Source of the DNA: Halarcobacter sp.
GTDB taxonomy: Bacteria > Campylobacterota > Campylobacteria > Campylobacterales > Arcobacteraceae
Assembly: GCA_963676565.1 (NCBI GenBank)
Contig: OY781089.1
Coordinates: forward strand, 2,144,399-2,208,398
Direction: 5' to 3'
DNA: 64,000 bases
The notes below the pieces were generated by a model. The model had not been told where the DNA came from. It saw only the letters and a list, made by a program, of their open reading frames with translations, and ran no database searches. Below are positions 1 to 10,334 of the stretch, piece by piece. Each line of letters starts with the position of its first letter. The stretch's first letter is position 1. A program made the position numbers and the translations under genes.

Positions 1-586
1 TTATACAGTATGTGGACTTGTTAGTCCAACAAATGGGAAAGTTTATTTTGATGAAGAGGATATCACTGAACTTCCTTTACATAAAAGAGCATTAAAAGGT
101 ATTGGTTACCTTCCTCAAGAGTCATCTATTTTTAAAGATTTATCAGTTGAAGACAATCTAATGTTAGCTGCACAAATTGTTACAAAAGATAAAAAAGAGC
201 AACATAAGCGGGTTGAAGATTTACTAGAGGTTTTTAATATTGAACCTATAAGACAAAGAAAAGGTATCTCTTTATCAGGTGGGGAAAGAAGAAGAACTGA
301 GATTGCTAGAGCTTTAGTATCTAAACCAAAATTTTTATTACTAGATGAACCATTTGCAGGTGTTGACCCTATTGCTGTTAAAGATATTCAAGAGATTATT
401 CATGAATTAACAAAAATTGGAATAGGGATATTAATCACTGACCATAATGTAAGGGAAACCCTAGAGATTTGTAACAGGGCTTATGTTATGAAAAGTGGTA
501 GCTTACTTGCTTCTGGAAATGCAGAAGAGATAAAAAGTGATGGAAGCGTTAGGGAACACTATTTAGGAGAAAGTTTTAACTTTTAA
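1..586 (+). CDS. lptB: LPS export ABC transporter ATP-binding protein (5'-partial, begins before the window)
   Basis: Frame open from base 2 ([12 protein letters not shown]...[12 protein letters not shown]). Has LSGGERRR signature, [12 protein letters not shown] Walker B and [10 protein letters not shown]. Confidence 0.93.
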   Translation, partial: YTVCGLVSPTNGKVYFDEEDITELPLHKRALKGIGYLPQESSIFKDLSVEDNLMLAAQIVTKDKKEQHKRVEDLLEVFNIEPIRQRKGISLSGGERRRTEIARALVSKPKFLLLDEPFAGVDPIAVKDIQEIIHELTKIGIGILITDHNVRETLEICNRAYVMKSGSLLASGNAEEIKSDGSVREHYLGESFNF

Positions 587-1875
587 GAACAATTAATATA
601 ATTGTTCCCTCTCTTTTTTGCTTCATCTAAAGATAGGCTTACTCTTTTTAATAAAGTTTCAAAATCATCATCTTTATTTAAAACTGTAATTCCAAAACTT
701 ATAAATAGTTCATTTTCAGTAAAAAATTCATTTTTAATAATATTCTTTTTGATTTTTTCAGAAACATATTGTGCCCCCTCAACTTTAGTTTGAGGTAAAA
801 TCATTAAAAAATTAAATTCATCCCATCTTCCTATACTATCAAACTCTCTAATATTGTTTAAAACTATTTCACTTGTTTCTATTAGAACTTCATCAGCTAA
901 TGGTTTATTATCTAAATTATTTATATCAAAAGCAATTATTGATAAATCATTTCCATACCTTTTATCCCGTCTAATCTCTTTTGATAAAATATCTTTAAAT
1001 TTGTTACAGTTATATAATCCTGTCAAAGGATCATGATTTGCTTGAAAATCAAATAGATTTAATTTTTCATTTATTTGAGTAATATCTAAAAGAGTTAAAA
1101 AGTATCTATTTCTTTCATTTTCTATTCTATCAACATTTATTAAAAATGAGATTTCATTGCCTTCATTATCTTTAACTTTTATAATTTTATTTAAGTCATT
1201 AAGATTTTTTAATTTTTCAATATCTTTTGTTTGGGATACACTTAAAAAAGGTTCAAAAAAATCTTCAGAGCTAAATAATTTATATAAAGTATCAAATTCT
1301 AAGAGAAACTTATCTTGATTTTTTATAGAGAAAAACTCTTGAAAACTTTTATTAACTTCAATGATTTTTTCATTTTCAATAAGAATTACCATATTTTTTT
1401 GAGCATCCAAAATATTTTTTATCTCTTTTTTCTCATCTTGAATTTTATTTTTCAGTTCTACATTTACAGATTCTAACTCTTTTTTTAAAAATATTGGCTC
1501 AGATGCTCTAATCATATTTTGTACTAACTGATATAAGTCCACAGGTTTTAATACATATGAACTTACATTTAAATCGATAGCTTTTTTTAAAAAGTAGTGG
1601 TCATTATGGGCACTTGTGATTAGTAAAGGGATAGAAGAGTCTTCTTCTCTAATCTTTTCACAAACTTCAAGACCACCAACTTTTGGTATATTAATATCCG
1701 TTAAAACTAAATTAATATCTTTATTTTTTTTATATATATCAAGTGCATCTGCCCCATTTGCACATACAAAAACTTTTTTAACAATAGAGGATAAGGTTTT
1801 AAATGTAAATTCTCTAATATCATCTTCATCTTCAATATATAAGATGACCAGGTTATTTAATATCTCTTTATTCAT
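583..1875 (-). CDS. REC-PAS-GGDEF protein with a degenerate diguanylate cyclase domain
   Basis: N-terminal receiver (YIEDE, LTDINIP, ITSA, LKP). C-terminal DPLTGLYN...AFDI...GRWDEFNF in place of GGEEF. Confidence 0.8.
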   Translation of the reverse strand: MNKEILNNLVILYIEDEDDIREFTFKTLSSIVKKVFVCANGADALDIYKKNKDINLVLTDINIPKVGGLEVCEKIREEDSSIPLLITSAHNDHYFLKKAIDLNVSSYVLKPVDLYQLVQNMIRASEPIFLKKELESVNVELKNKIQDEKKEIKNILDAQKNMVILIENEKIIEVNKSFQEFFSIKNQDKFLLEFDTLYKLFSSEDFFEPFLSVSQTKDIEKLKNLNDLNKIIKVKDNEGNEISFLINVDRIENERNRYFLTLLDITQINEKLNLFDFQANHDPLTGLYNCNKFKDILSKEIRRDKRYGNDLSIIAFDINNLDNKPLADEVLIETSEIVLNNIREFDSIGRWDEFNFLMILPQTKVEGAQYVSEKIKKNIIKNEFFTENELFISFGITVLNKDDDFETLLKRVSLSLDEAKKRGNNYINCS

Positions 1876-1928
1876 ATAAAACCTTTTTTTTAATTATCTA
1901 ATATTATAAAAAAATTATTTAAAAGTAA

Positions 1929-2651
1929 CTAATTGAAAATCTTAATTGCATTTTTTAGATCTTCTTCTGTGTCAATTCCAAAAGATTTTGATTCAACTTC
2001 AACCATTGCAATTTTATGACCATTATCAATAGCTCTTAATTGTTCTAACTTTTCAATTGTTTCTAATTTTGATTGATTAAGGGAACAAAATTCATTTAAT
2101 GATTTTTTAGTAAAACCATAAATTCCTAGATGTCCATAATAAGAAGATGTCTCATAGTGATCTCTATGATATGGGATTTTTGATCTTGAAAAATAGATTG
2201 CATTCGAGTTTTCATCTAAAATTACTTTTACATGATTTGGGTCATCTGCAAGTTCAGAACTTATTTTTTTAAAACAACTAGTTATCATTATTTTTTCATT
2301 ATTTTTTTTAACTTTTTTTACTCTATTTATTACTTTTTCTATAACCTCTGGTTCTATAAATGGTTCATCACCTTGAACATTTATAATGATTTCATCATCA
2401 TCTAGATTTAAAATATTTACTGCTTCGTTAATTCTATCTGTACCACTTTGATGTTCACTTGAGGTTAAAACAGCATCAAAACCGTATTCATTGGCTAAGT
2501 CAATAACTTCTTGTGAATCTGTTGCAATAACTACCTTGTCTAAAGAGCTTACTTGTTTTGCAGTTCTTATAACCATTGGTAAGCCTAGAATATCCACTAA
2601 AATTTTGTTTGCAAATCTACTTGAGTTTAATCTTGCAGGTATTATAATCAT
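1929..2651 (-). CDS. kdsB: 3-deoxy-manno-octulosonate cytidylyltransferase
   Basis: IIPARLNSSRFANKIL, SGTDRI, NVQGDEP, EKLEQLRA motifs. Confidence 0.95.
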   Translation of the reverse strand: MIIIPARLNSSRFANKILVDILGLPMVIRTAKQVSSLDKVVIATDSQEVIDLANEYGFDAVLTSSEHQSGTDRINEAVNILNLDDDEIIINVQGDEPFIEPEVIEKVINRVKKVKKNNEKIMITSCFKKISSELADDPNHVKVILDENSNAIYFSRSKIPYHRDHYETSSYYGHLGIYGFTKKSLNEFCSLNQSKLETIEKLEQLRAIDNGHKIAMVEVESKSFGIDTEEDLKNAIKIFN

Positions 2652-2678
2652 TTAATTAATCCTTTTAACTATAAATAT

Positions 2679-4175
2679 TTATTTTTCATATGGTAATGAG
2701 ATTTTTATTGTTGTACCATCTTCGTTGTTTTTTGCAGTAATTATTCCATTTAAATGGATGTTTACTATTATTTTACTCATGTAAAGTCCTAATCCTACAC
2801 CATGCTTTTGCTCTTTTGTTGAAAAATATGGTTCAAAAACTTGATGGATAATATCCTCATCAATACCTTTTGCATTGTCTGAAATTTCAATTATGAGTTT
2901 ATCATCAATTTGATTTTGATTTATTTTTATTCTTTTATTTGAAATCTTGTTTTTATTAAATGCCTCTATTGAATTTTTAATTATATTAATCAAAACATCA
3001 ATTAATTCATTTTTCAAAGATTTAAATACTAAATTTTTATTTATCTTTTTTTCAAAAATAATATCTTTTATATCATATTCTAAAGCAATCTTATCCCTTA
3101 CTTCATTAAGAACATCATCAAAAGTCATTTCCTCTTTTTTGTTTTTTAATTGAAGAAATTTTTGAAAGCTTTCAATTGTTTTAGAAAGTTTAACAGCTTC
3201 ATCATGGATTGTTTCCAATGTTGAAATAGTATCTTTTTTTGAAGGAGTTTCATCCATTGAGTAATTTATCTCAAGTTTTTGTGCTTGAATTGAGATAAAA
3301 TTTAAGGGTTGTCTCCATTCATGGGATAACATTTGCAAAGTCTCTGTCATAATTGCAAGTTTTGATTTTTGTAGTAGTAGTTTATCTTTTTGTTCAATCT
3401 CATCTTTTGCTTTTGAGATTTCAGATTTTAATAAAGATGAAGAATCATTTAAATTTATCTCTTTTGTAATATCAAACATTAAAAAAGTATATCCTGTTAC
3501 GTCACCATATTTATTGTAAATTGGCTTTGCTCGTAAATTTATCCAGAAGGTTGAACCATCTTTTTTTAGTTTTTTTAGTTTTCCATTCCATTCTTGAAAA
3601 TTTTCAAGATTTGATAGAATATTTTTATAAATAATTAAATCTGAATCTGTATGGGCTAAAGATGAGAAAGATTTTCCAACTAATTCTTTTTCGTCATATC
3701 CTGAAAGTTTACAAAATGCAGAACTTGCTTTTGTTATATGTCCATGTAAATCTGTATGCATCGATATTACATAATCATTTAAAATCTCATCATCTGAGAT
3801 TTGAGAGGTGATATCTTTTGTATTTATTACAAAAAGATTGTTGTTTAACATTGTAGAAATTGTGATTTTTAAATAAACTCTTTTTTTATCTTTTCTTTTA
3901 CAAGCTAAATCAATTTCTGCTTTGTATTTTTTACTTTTGTCAGTGTTTTTTAAAAGATTAAAAAAAGACTCTTTGAATTTATCTTCCATCAATGAAGAGA
4001 AACTTGTACTTAATAATTCTTCTTTTGAAAAACCAAGTATTGGCATAAATGCATTATTTATATAAATAAATTTGGTATTTTCATCAATGATTCCAATACC
4101 ATCCCAAGAATTATTTATTATCTCTTGTAATTCTAAATTATTTCTTTTAAGCTTTTCAATGTCTTGCTTAGTCAA
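2679..4175 (-). CDS. PAS-PAS sensor histidine kinase (orphan)
   Basis: Two PAS-like repeats, H-box SHEWRQPL, N-box KNSIEA, DNAKGI, FEPYFSTK, GVGLGL. Confidence 0.88.
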   Translation of the reverse strand: MTKQDIEKLKRNNLELQEIINNSWDGIGIIDENTKFIYINNAFMPILGFSKEELLSTSFSSLMEDKFKESFFNLLKNTDKSKKYKAEIDLACKRKDKKRVYLKITISTMLNNNLFVINTKDITSQISDDEILNDYVISMHTDLHGHITKASSAFCKLSGYDEKELVGKSFSSLAHTDSDLIIYKNILSNLENFQEWNGKLKKLKKDGSTFWINLRAKPIYNKYGDVTGYTFLMFDITKEINLNDSSSLLKSEISKAKDEIEQKDKLLLQKSKLAIMTETLQMLSHEWRQPLNFISIQAQKLEINYSMDETPSKKDTISTLETIHDEAVKLSKTIESFQKFLQLKNKKEEMTFDDVLNEVRDKIALEYDIKDIIFEKKINKNLVFKSLKNELIDVLINIIKNSIEAFNKNKISNKRIKINQNQIDDKLIIEISDNAKGIDEDIIHQVFEPYFSTKEQKHGVGLGLYMSKIIVNIHLNGIITAKNNEDGTTIKISLPYEK

Positions 4176-4246
4176 TATAAAACCTTATTTTTAGTGACAA
4201 TATTATAATATAAAATCTTTAAACAAGAGTATGAAAGAGTTATTAT

Positions 4247-6949
4247 ATGAAGAAAACTATTACAGTTATTGATACATTTGGATTTTTATTTAGAAGTTAT
4301 TATGCCTTACCTCCACTAAAATCAAAAAGTGGTTTTCCAACAGGTTTATTAACAGGTTTTATGAATTTTGTTTCAAATATAGGAAAAGATTTTCAAACAG
4401 ATTATTTAGTATTTGCCTTAGATTCAAAGGGTGACACCTTTAGAAAAGAGATATATAATGAATACAAATCTCATAGACCTGATGTTCCTGAGGATTTATT
4501 AAAACAACTTCCAATTGCAATTGATTGGATTGTTAAAATGGGATTTCAAGTTGCAATGGAAGATGGTTTTGAAGCAGATGATATTATTGCATCAATTGCA
4601 AATGATGCTAAATGCAACGATATAGAAGTAAGAATAGTTTCTCACGATAAAGACCTTTATCAATTAATTGATGATAAAAATGAGATTTATTTATTTGATC
4701 CAATTAAAAAAACAGTGATTGATGAGGGAAAATGTTTTGATAAATATGGTGTAAAACCAAAGCAATTTACAGACTATCAATCTTTATTAGGGGATAGTGC
4801 CGATAATGTTCCTGGGGTTAAAGGAGTTGGCGCAAAAACTGCAGAAGCTTTAATTAAACAATATGGTAGTTTAGATTCTATTTATGAAAATCTTGAAAAT
4901 ATTGAAAAACCAAGATGGCAAAAGCTTTTAACTGAAGGTAAAGAGATGGCATATATTTCAAGACAATTGGTTACTTTACATACTGATTGCCATTGCATAG
5001 AAGAGATTGAAAACTATACTTTACCCCAAGAGAATCCAATATTGAAAATTGCTGATACCTTAATTGAATACGATATGAATAGGATAATTGATAGGGTTAA
5101 TAAAGAGGGTTTAAATTACAAAACTAAAATGCCACAGGAACAAATAGCTGTTCCAGTAAAAAAAGATGAAAACATTGAATATATTCTTTTAAATGATGAA
5201 AATGAATTAATAAAAACAGTTGAAACAATAAAAGATGATACTCTAGTAGCCTTTGATACAGAAACAACTGATTTAGACACAAAAAATGCAAAGCTTGTAG
5301 GTTTTTCATTTGCATATGAGGATAATAAAGCATTTTATGTACCAATAAATCATAACTATTTAGGAGTACCAACTCAAATTTCAATGGATAGTGCAAAAAA
5401 GGCTATAAATGAACTAAACAAGAAAAAACTAATACTACAAAATTTTAAATATGATTATTCGATAGTTAAAAATCAATTAGATATTGAATTAAATTTATTT
5501 GCAGATACTATGATTTTAGCTTGGCTTTTAGATTCAAGTTCTAAAATTGGTCTTGACGCATTAGCGGATAAATATTTTGACCATAAAATGATTGCCTATA
5601 AAGATGTTGTTAAAAAAGGTGAAAATTTTTCTAATGTGGAGATTGAAGAAGCTTGTAAATATGCTGCAGAAGATGCACTATATACTTATAAAATTTATTA
5701 TAAATTATTAGAAGAGTTTAAAAATAAAGATTGTGAGAATTTAATAAAAGTTGCCCATGAATATGAATTTGATTTTATTTATGTCTTAGCTAGTATGGAA
5801 GAGTTGGGAATAAAAGTTGATGTTAATAAACTTGAAGAATTAAAATTAACCAATCAAGAAACAATACAAAGATTAACTTCAAATATCTATGAGCTTGCAA
5901 ATACAGAATTCAATATAAACTCGCCTAAACAATTAGGTACTATACTTTTTGAAACATTAAAACTTCCACCATCAAAGAAAACAAAAAGTGGTTATAGCAC
6001 AAATGAAGTGGTACTTCAAAAATTAAAAGATGAACATGAAATAGTTCCTTTACTTTTAAATTATAGAGAAGCTTTTAAACTTCAATCTACTTATATTGAA
6101 CCCCTACTTGAACTAGGTAATAAAAATGATGAAAATAGAATATTTACCTCGTTTTTACAAACAGGAACAGCAACGGGAAGATTAAGCTCTAAAAATCCTA
6201 ATTTACAAAATATCCCAGTACGAACTAAAGCAGGTTCACAAATTAGAAGTGCTTTTATTCCACAAGAAGGGTATAAATTACTAGGAATTGATTACTCACA
6301 AATTGAATTAAGACTATTGGCTCACTTTTCACAAGATAAAGCTTTGCTTGATGCTTTTAATGAAAATAAGGATATCCATAGACAAACAGCAGTGAAGATT
6401 TTTGGGGAAGAGGAAGCTGACTCAAAAAGGTCAATTGCTAAATCAATAAATTTTGGTTTATTGTATGGAATGGGAAGTAGAAAACTTGGAGATACATTAG
6501 GAATTCCAGCAAAAGAAGCAAAAAAATATATAGATGCTTATTTTGAAAACTTTACAAGTGTAAAAGATTATTTAAAATCGATTGAAGATAAAGCTTTAGA
6601 AGATGGTTATGTAGAAACTTTGATTGGTAGAAGAAGGTTATTTGATTTTGATTCAGCAAATGCAATGATGAGAGCAGCATTCTTAAGAGAATCAGTTAAT
6701 ACATTATTTCAAGGAAGTGCAGCTGATTTGATAAAACTTTCAATGATAAAAATTCATAATGAATATAAAAATAATGAAAATGTGAAAATGTTACTTCAAA
6801 TCCACGATGAACTTATTTTTGAAGTAAAAGATGAAGAAATAGATAAAATAACAAAAAATTTGGTAGATATTATGGAGAATATATATAAATTAAGAGTTCC
6901 TCTAAAGGTATCGAAAACTCTTGGTTTAAGTTGGCAAGAGTTGAAATAA
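4247..6949 (+). CDS. polA: DNA polymerase I
   Basis: 5'-3' exonuclease (EADDII, GDSADNVPGV), 3'-5' exonuclease (FDTETT, YAAED), polymerase motifs DYSQIELR, KSINFGLLYG, QIHDEL. Confidence 0.98.
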   Translation: MKKTITVIDTFGFLFRSYYALPPLKSKSGFPTGLLTGFMNFVSNIGKDFQTDYLVFALDSKGDTFRKEIYNEYKSHRPDVPEDLLKQLPIAIDWIVKMGFQVAMEDGFEADDIIASIANDAKCNDIEVRIVSHDKDLYQLIDDKNEIYLFDPIKKTVIDEGKCFDKYGVKPKQFTDYQSLLGDSADNVPGVKGVGAKTAEALIKQYGSLDSIYENLENIEKPRWQKLLTEGKEMAYISRQLVTLHTDCHCIEEIENYTLPQENPILKIADTLIEYDMNRIIDRVNKEGLNYKTKMPQEQIAVPVKKDENIEYILLNDENELIKTVETIKDDTLVAFDTETTDLDTKNAKLVGFSFAYEDNKAFYVPINHNYLGVPTQISMDSAKKAINELNKKKLILQNFKYDYSIVKNQLDIELNLFADTMILAWLLDSSSKIGLDALADKYFDHKMIAYKDVVKKGENFSNVEIEEACKYAAEDALYTYKIYYKLLEEFKNKDCENLIKVAHEYEFDFIYVLASMEELGIKVDVNKLEELKLTNQETIQRLTSNIYELANTEFNINSPKQLGTILFETLKLPPSKKTKSGYSTNEVVLQKLKDEHEIVPLLLNYREAFKLQSTYIEPLLELGNKNDENRIFTSFLQTGTATGRLSSKNPNLQNIPVRTKAGSQIRSAFIPQEGYKLLGIDYSQIELRLLAHFSQDKALLDAFNENKDIHRQTAVKIFGEEEADSKRSIAKSINFGLLYGMGSRKLGDTLGIPAKEAKKYIDAYFENFTSVKDYLKSIEDKALEDGYVETLIGRRRLFDFDSANAMMRAAFLRESVNTLFQGSAADLIKLSMIKIHNEYKNNENVKMLLQIHDELIFEVKDEEIDKITKNLVDIMENIYKLRVPLKVSKTLGLSWQELK

Positions 6950-6991
6950 CAACTAAGATATAAATTTTTTTTATTTTTTAATAATTTTATT

Positions 6992-7020
6992 TTGACATTT
7001 CTATTTTATTCTGATAGAAT
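6992..7020 (+). promoter_or_regulatory. sigma70-type promoter of the response regulator gene
   Basis: TTGACA (6992-6997), 17-bp spacer, TAGAAT (7015-7020) preceded by extended -10 TG. Confidence 0.65.
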
Positions 7021-7035
7021 TTAAAAAAAATTATT

Positions 7036-7746
7036 ATGAAAGAGGGCATTATGATTAAGACCTTAAAAAACATAAGAAAGCTTTACAACGCAAAATTACT
7101 ATTTGTAAGTAACGACGATAATGTAAAAAACACAATTGAAAATGAATTTGATGAATATTTTAAAGAGTTAACATTAGTTAAAAGTTATGATGAAGCAATT
7201 TCATTAATTAATGAAAATAGTTATGATATGGTTATTATTGATACTGATATAGCAGGAAAAGACTTTGAAGAAGTATGTTCTAATATAAGTGCTGCAGCAC
7301 CAAATTTACCTAAAATAGTTATTTCTGGTGATGATAACAACGAAAATATTGTTACAGCAATAAATAATAGTGCTTATACATTTTTAACTAAACCTTTAAG
7401 ACCTAAGGGTGTAAAACTAGCTGTAATTATGTGTTTAAATCAAACTAAAAGAGGTGACAAAATCGAATTCCAACATGGAATTTATTTTGATGAATATAGA
7501 GATCAGTTTTATAAAGCAGGAGGAACACTTATTGACTTCACTAGGCTTGAAAAAGGTTTCTTAAAACTACTAATTGCTAAAAAAGGTGAAGTTGTTGATT
7601 ATGATACAATTAAAAATGTAGTTTGGAAAGGTAAAAACATGTCTATTTACACTATGAGAAATATTGTAAATAAAGTTAGACAAAAAACCTATTATGAGAT
7701 TGTTAGAAATCACTCTAATAAAGGTTATGTAATTGATGAAGTTTAA
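7036..7746 (+). CDS. Response regulator with OmpR-type winged-helix output (start may be the ATG at 7051)
   Basis: Receiver (IIDTD, ISG, LTKP) plus a C-terminal wHTH (MRNIVNKVRQK...NKGY). Confidence 0.8.
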   Translation: MKEGIMIKTLKNIRKLYNAKLLFVSNDDNVKNTIENEFDEYFKELTLVKSYDEAISLINENSYDMVIIDTDIAGKDFEEVCSNISAAAPNLPKIVISGDDNNENIVTAINNSAYTFLTKPLRPKGVKLAVIMCLNQTKRGDKIEFQHGIYFDEYRDQFYKAGGTLIDFTRLEKGFLKLLIAKKGEVVDYDTIKNVVWKGKNMSIYTMRNIVNKVRQKTYYEIVRNHSNKGYVIDEV

Positions 7747-7788
7747 TTTTCACTTCATCTTTTTTTACTATAATATGTAAAGACTAGC

Positions 7789-7983
7789 ATGGAAGAGATA
7801 ATAGTATCGAAAGAAGAATTGATTGATAAGTTTGAAAATCAAGAGATTACTGATACAGGAAGAGGCTGGATGATGGGTGATGAAGAGATTGAAATAATTG
7901 CTCTTCATGATGTTGATCCAAAGTTTCTCCAAGATGTTACTAATGCTAAATTTTACAAATTAATACCAAAAAAGGGGAAATAA
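7789..7983 (+). CDS. Hypothetical 64-aa acidic protein
   Basis: ATG ORF after a TATAAT-like box. Host-like codon usage, 3-bp gap to the next gene. Confidence 0.65.
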   Translation: MEEIIVSKEELIDKFENQEITDTGRGWMMGDEEIEIIALHDVDPKFLQDVTNAKFYKLIPKKGK

Positions 7984-7986
7984 CTA

Positions 7987-8247
7987 ATGTCACATTGCCC
8001 ATACTGCGGAAAAAAAATCGCTATGAGTAAAGCCTTCTGTTCTAGAGGTTGCAAAGAAAACTATTTTCAATTAATTGCAATTCAAGTTCCGAAACCATTT
8101 TTAAAAAGAATTTTTGTTTTTAGTACACAAGAAGAGCGAGAAGCTGAAATTGAAAACTTTGCAAATAGACATGGTTGGAGAATTGATTTACTGCAAAAGA
8201 AAATTGATGAATTAGCAGTAGAATATGGCTACGTCGAATCAAACTAA
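7987..8247 (+). CDS. Small Zn-ribbon protein (DUF2116-like)
   Basis: N-terminal HCPYCGKKI...FCSRGC motif. Confidence 0.7.
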   Translation: MSHCPYCGKKIAMSKAFCSRGCKENYFQLIAIQVPKPFLKRIFVFSTQEEREAEIENFANRHGWRIDLLQKKIDELAVEYGYVESN

Positions 8248-9523
8248 CAGTAATTTTTCTGCTGAAGATTCTATTCTTAAACGATCCACACTTTTATATT
8301 TAGAAGATGATGAAACTATAGCTCAAGAAACTTTTTCTATTTTTGAAAAGGTATTTGGTAAAGTTTATTTTGGAAAAGATGGACAAGAGGGAATCAATCT
8401 ATATAATAATCATAAAAATGAAATTGATATAATTTTAACAGATATAAACATGCCAAATATTAATGGTTTGGAGTTTATGAGTGAAGTTAGAAAAGTAGAT
8501 TATGAAATACCAATTTTAATAATTACTGCCTTTAATGATGTAAATATATTAACAAAGGCAATTAAACTAAATGTAGCTGACTATATCGTAAAACCAATGC
8601 AGTTAAACTCAACTTTAAAAATTTTAAATAAGATTTTAACAAATAGATTTAATCAAAAACTTGTTTTAAAGCAACAAAATGAATTGCAGATTTATAAAGA
8701 GATTCTTGATAGAGAAAACTTAGTTAGTGAAACAGATTTAAAAGGTTATATTACATATGCAAATGATATTTTTTGTAAAGTGTCAGGTTATACTAAAGAA
8801 GAATTAATAGGTGCAAACCATAATATAGTAAGACATCCTGATGTTTCACCAAAAGTATATGAACAAATGTGGAAAACTATCCAAAGTGGTAATATTTGGA
8901 AAGGTAAAATCAAAAATATAGCAAAAGATGGTTCAGCTTATTATGTCAAAGCAACAGTATTTCCTGTTTTAGATGAAGATGGAAATATTGAAAAGTATAT
9001 GGCAAGTAGATTCGTTGTTACTGAAGACGAGGAAGAGAAACATAAACTTAAAAAGTTTATTATGAAACAGAAATCTGACCAAATTAAGCATGAAAAACAA
9101 TTAAAAGAAGAATTTGACGATGCAGTACATTTTGCAAAAATGCAAAATGATGAAAAGATGGCTAAATTTATTCATGAACTAAATGAACAAATAAAAAATT
9201 TAAGAGTAAAAAATGCAGATAATAAAGGTAGAATTATATCTTTAGAGAAAAAACTAAAAGATGCATTGGATAGAAATGATGACTTACAAAAAGGTTATCA
9301 AGGTAGAATAGAAAAACTTCATAAAACGTCTGTGCTAGCAGTCGAGAATTATCAAAAAATCAAAAAAAGAAGTGATATTATTAATGATAAATATGAAAAA
9401 GCTCAAGAAGGGATAAAAACTTTTCAAGGCTATATTGATGAATACAGAGTTAAAATAAATAACTTAGAAGATGTTATCAATGCCTATGAAGAAAAGTTTG
9501 GAAAACTAGGTCGTCTTAAATAG
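8225..9523 (+). CDS. REC-PAS protein with a long C-terminal coiled coil
   Basis: Receiver (YLEDD, LTDINMP, ITA, VKP), PAS GANHNIVRHPDV...MW, then about 150 aa of heptad-rich K/E/Q sequence with no kinase boxes. Confidence 0.8.
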   Translation: MATSNQTNSNFSAEDSILKRSTLLYLEDDETIAQETFSIFEKVFGKVYFGKDGQEGINLYNNHKNEIDIILTDINMPNINGLEFMSEVRKVDYEIPILIITAFNDVNILTKAIKLNVADYIVKPMQLNSTLKILNKILTNRFNQKLVLKQQNELQIYKEILDRENLVSETDLKGYITYANDIFCKVSGYTKEELIGANHNIVRHPDVSPKVYEQMWKTIQSGNIWKGKIKNIAKDGSAYYVKATVFPVLDEDGNIEKYMASRFVVTEDEEEKHKLKKFIMKQKSDQIKHEKQLKEEFDDAVHFAKMQNDEKMAKFIHELNEQIKNLRVKNADNKGRIISLEKKLKDALDRNDDLQKGYQGRIEKLHKTSVLAVENYQKIKKRSDIINDKYEKAQEGIKTFQGYIDEYRVKINNLEDVINAYEEKFGKLGRLK

Positions 9524-10334
9524 TTTTCTTCTTTTTATTCATTATAAAAAGAACTACGATACTTAAAATAGCAAAAATTCCAGATATTAACATCCCCATT
9601 GTTAGCCAACCACCATATAAAAATCCAAGTTGAATGTCAGGTTGTCTAAAAAATTCAGCAACTATTCTTGCTATTGAATATAAGACTCCATACATAATAG
9701 CTAATTGTCCATCAAAGTTTTTTCTTTTTCTATATATATAAAGTATGACAAATACCACAATACCTTCAAGAAAACCTTCATACAGTTGAGAAGGGTGCCT
9801 TAAAACACCATCAACATAAATTCCCCATGGAACATCAGTTACTCTACCTACAATCTCTTTATTGACAAAGTTTCCAATTCTTCCAAGAACATATCCAGCA
9901 CTGATACCTATAACAGCAATATCAGCTAAAAACCAAAAAGAAACTTTATGTTTTCTACAAAATAATAATGAAGCTATTAAAAAACCAATAAAAGCTCCAT
10001 GATAACTCATACCTGAGATTCCAACAAATTCACCATTTAAAAAAGGATTAAATATTTGCCAAGGGTGGCTTAAGTAGTACATAGCTTGGGGATCATAAAA
10101 TATTATGTAACCAAGTCTAGCGCCTAAAATAACACCAATTTCTGCCCACCAAATATATGAGTCAAAAAGTTCATTTGAGATTGGAAGTTTATCTTTTTTA
10201 ATTGTCCATTTAGCTACAAATATAGCAGAAAGTAGGGCAAGGGCATACATAATACCATACCAGTGTACTGCTATTGACCCTAGCTTAAAAGCTACAGGGT
10301 CAAAGTTAGAGTAAATATTCTGCCAAAATTCCAT
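9516..10334 (-). CDS. lgt: Prolipoprotein diacylglyceryl transferase
   Basis: HWYGIMY, LGARLGY, GMSYHG, GRIGNF, RHPSQLYE. Confidence 0.96.
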   Translation of the reverse strand: MEFWQNIYSNFDPVAFKLGSIAVHWYGIMYALALLSAIFVAKWTIKKDKLPISNELFDSYIWWAEIGVILGARLGYIIFYDPQAMYYLSHPWQIFNPFLNGEFVGISGMSYHGAFIGFLIASLLFCRKHKVSFWFLADIAVIGISAGYVLGRIGNFVNKEIVGRVTDVPWGIYVDGVLRHPSQLYEGFLEGIVVFVILYIYRKRKNFDGQLAIMYGVLYSIARIVAEFFRQPDIQLGFLYGGWLTMGMLISGIFAILSIVVLFIMNKKKKTI

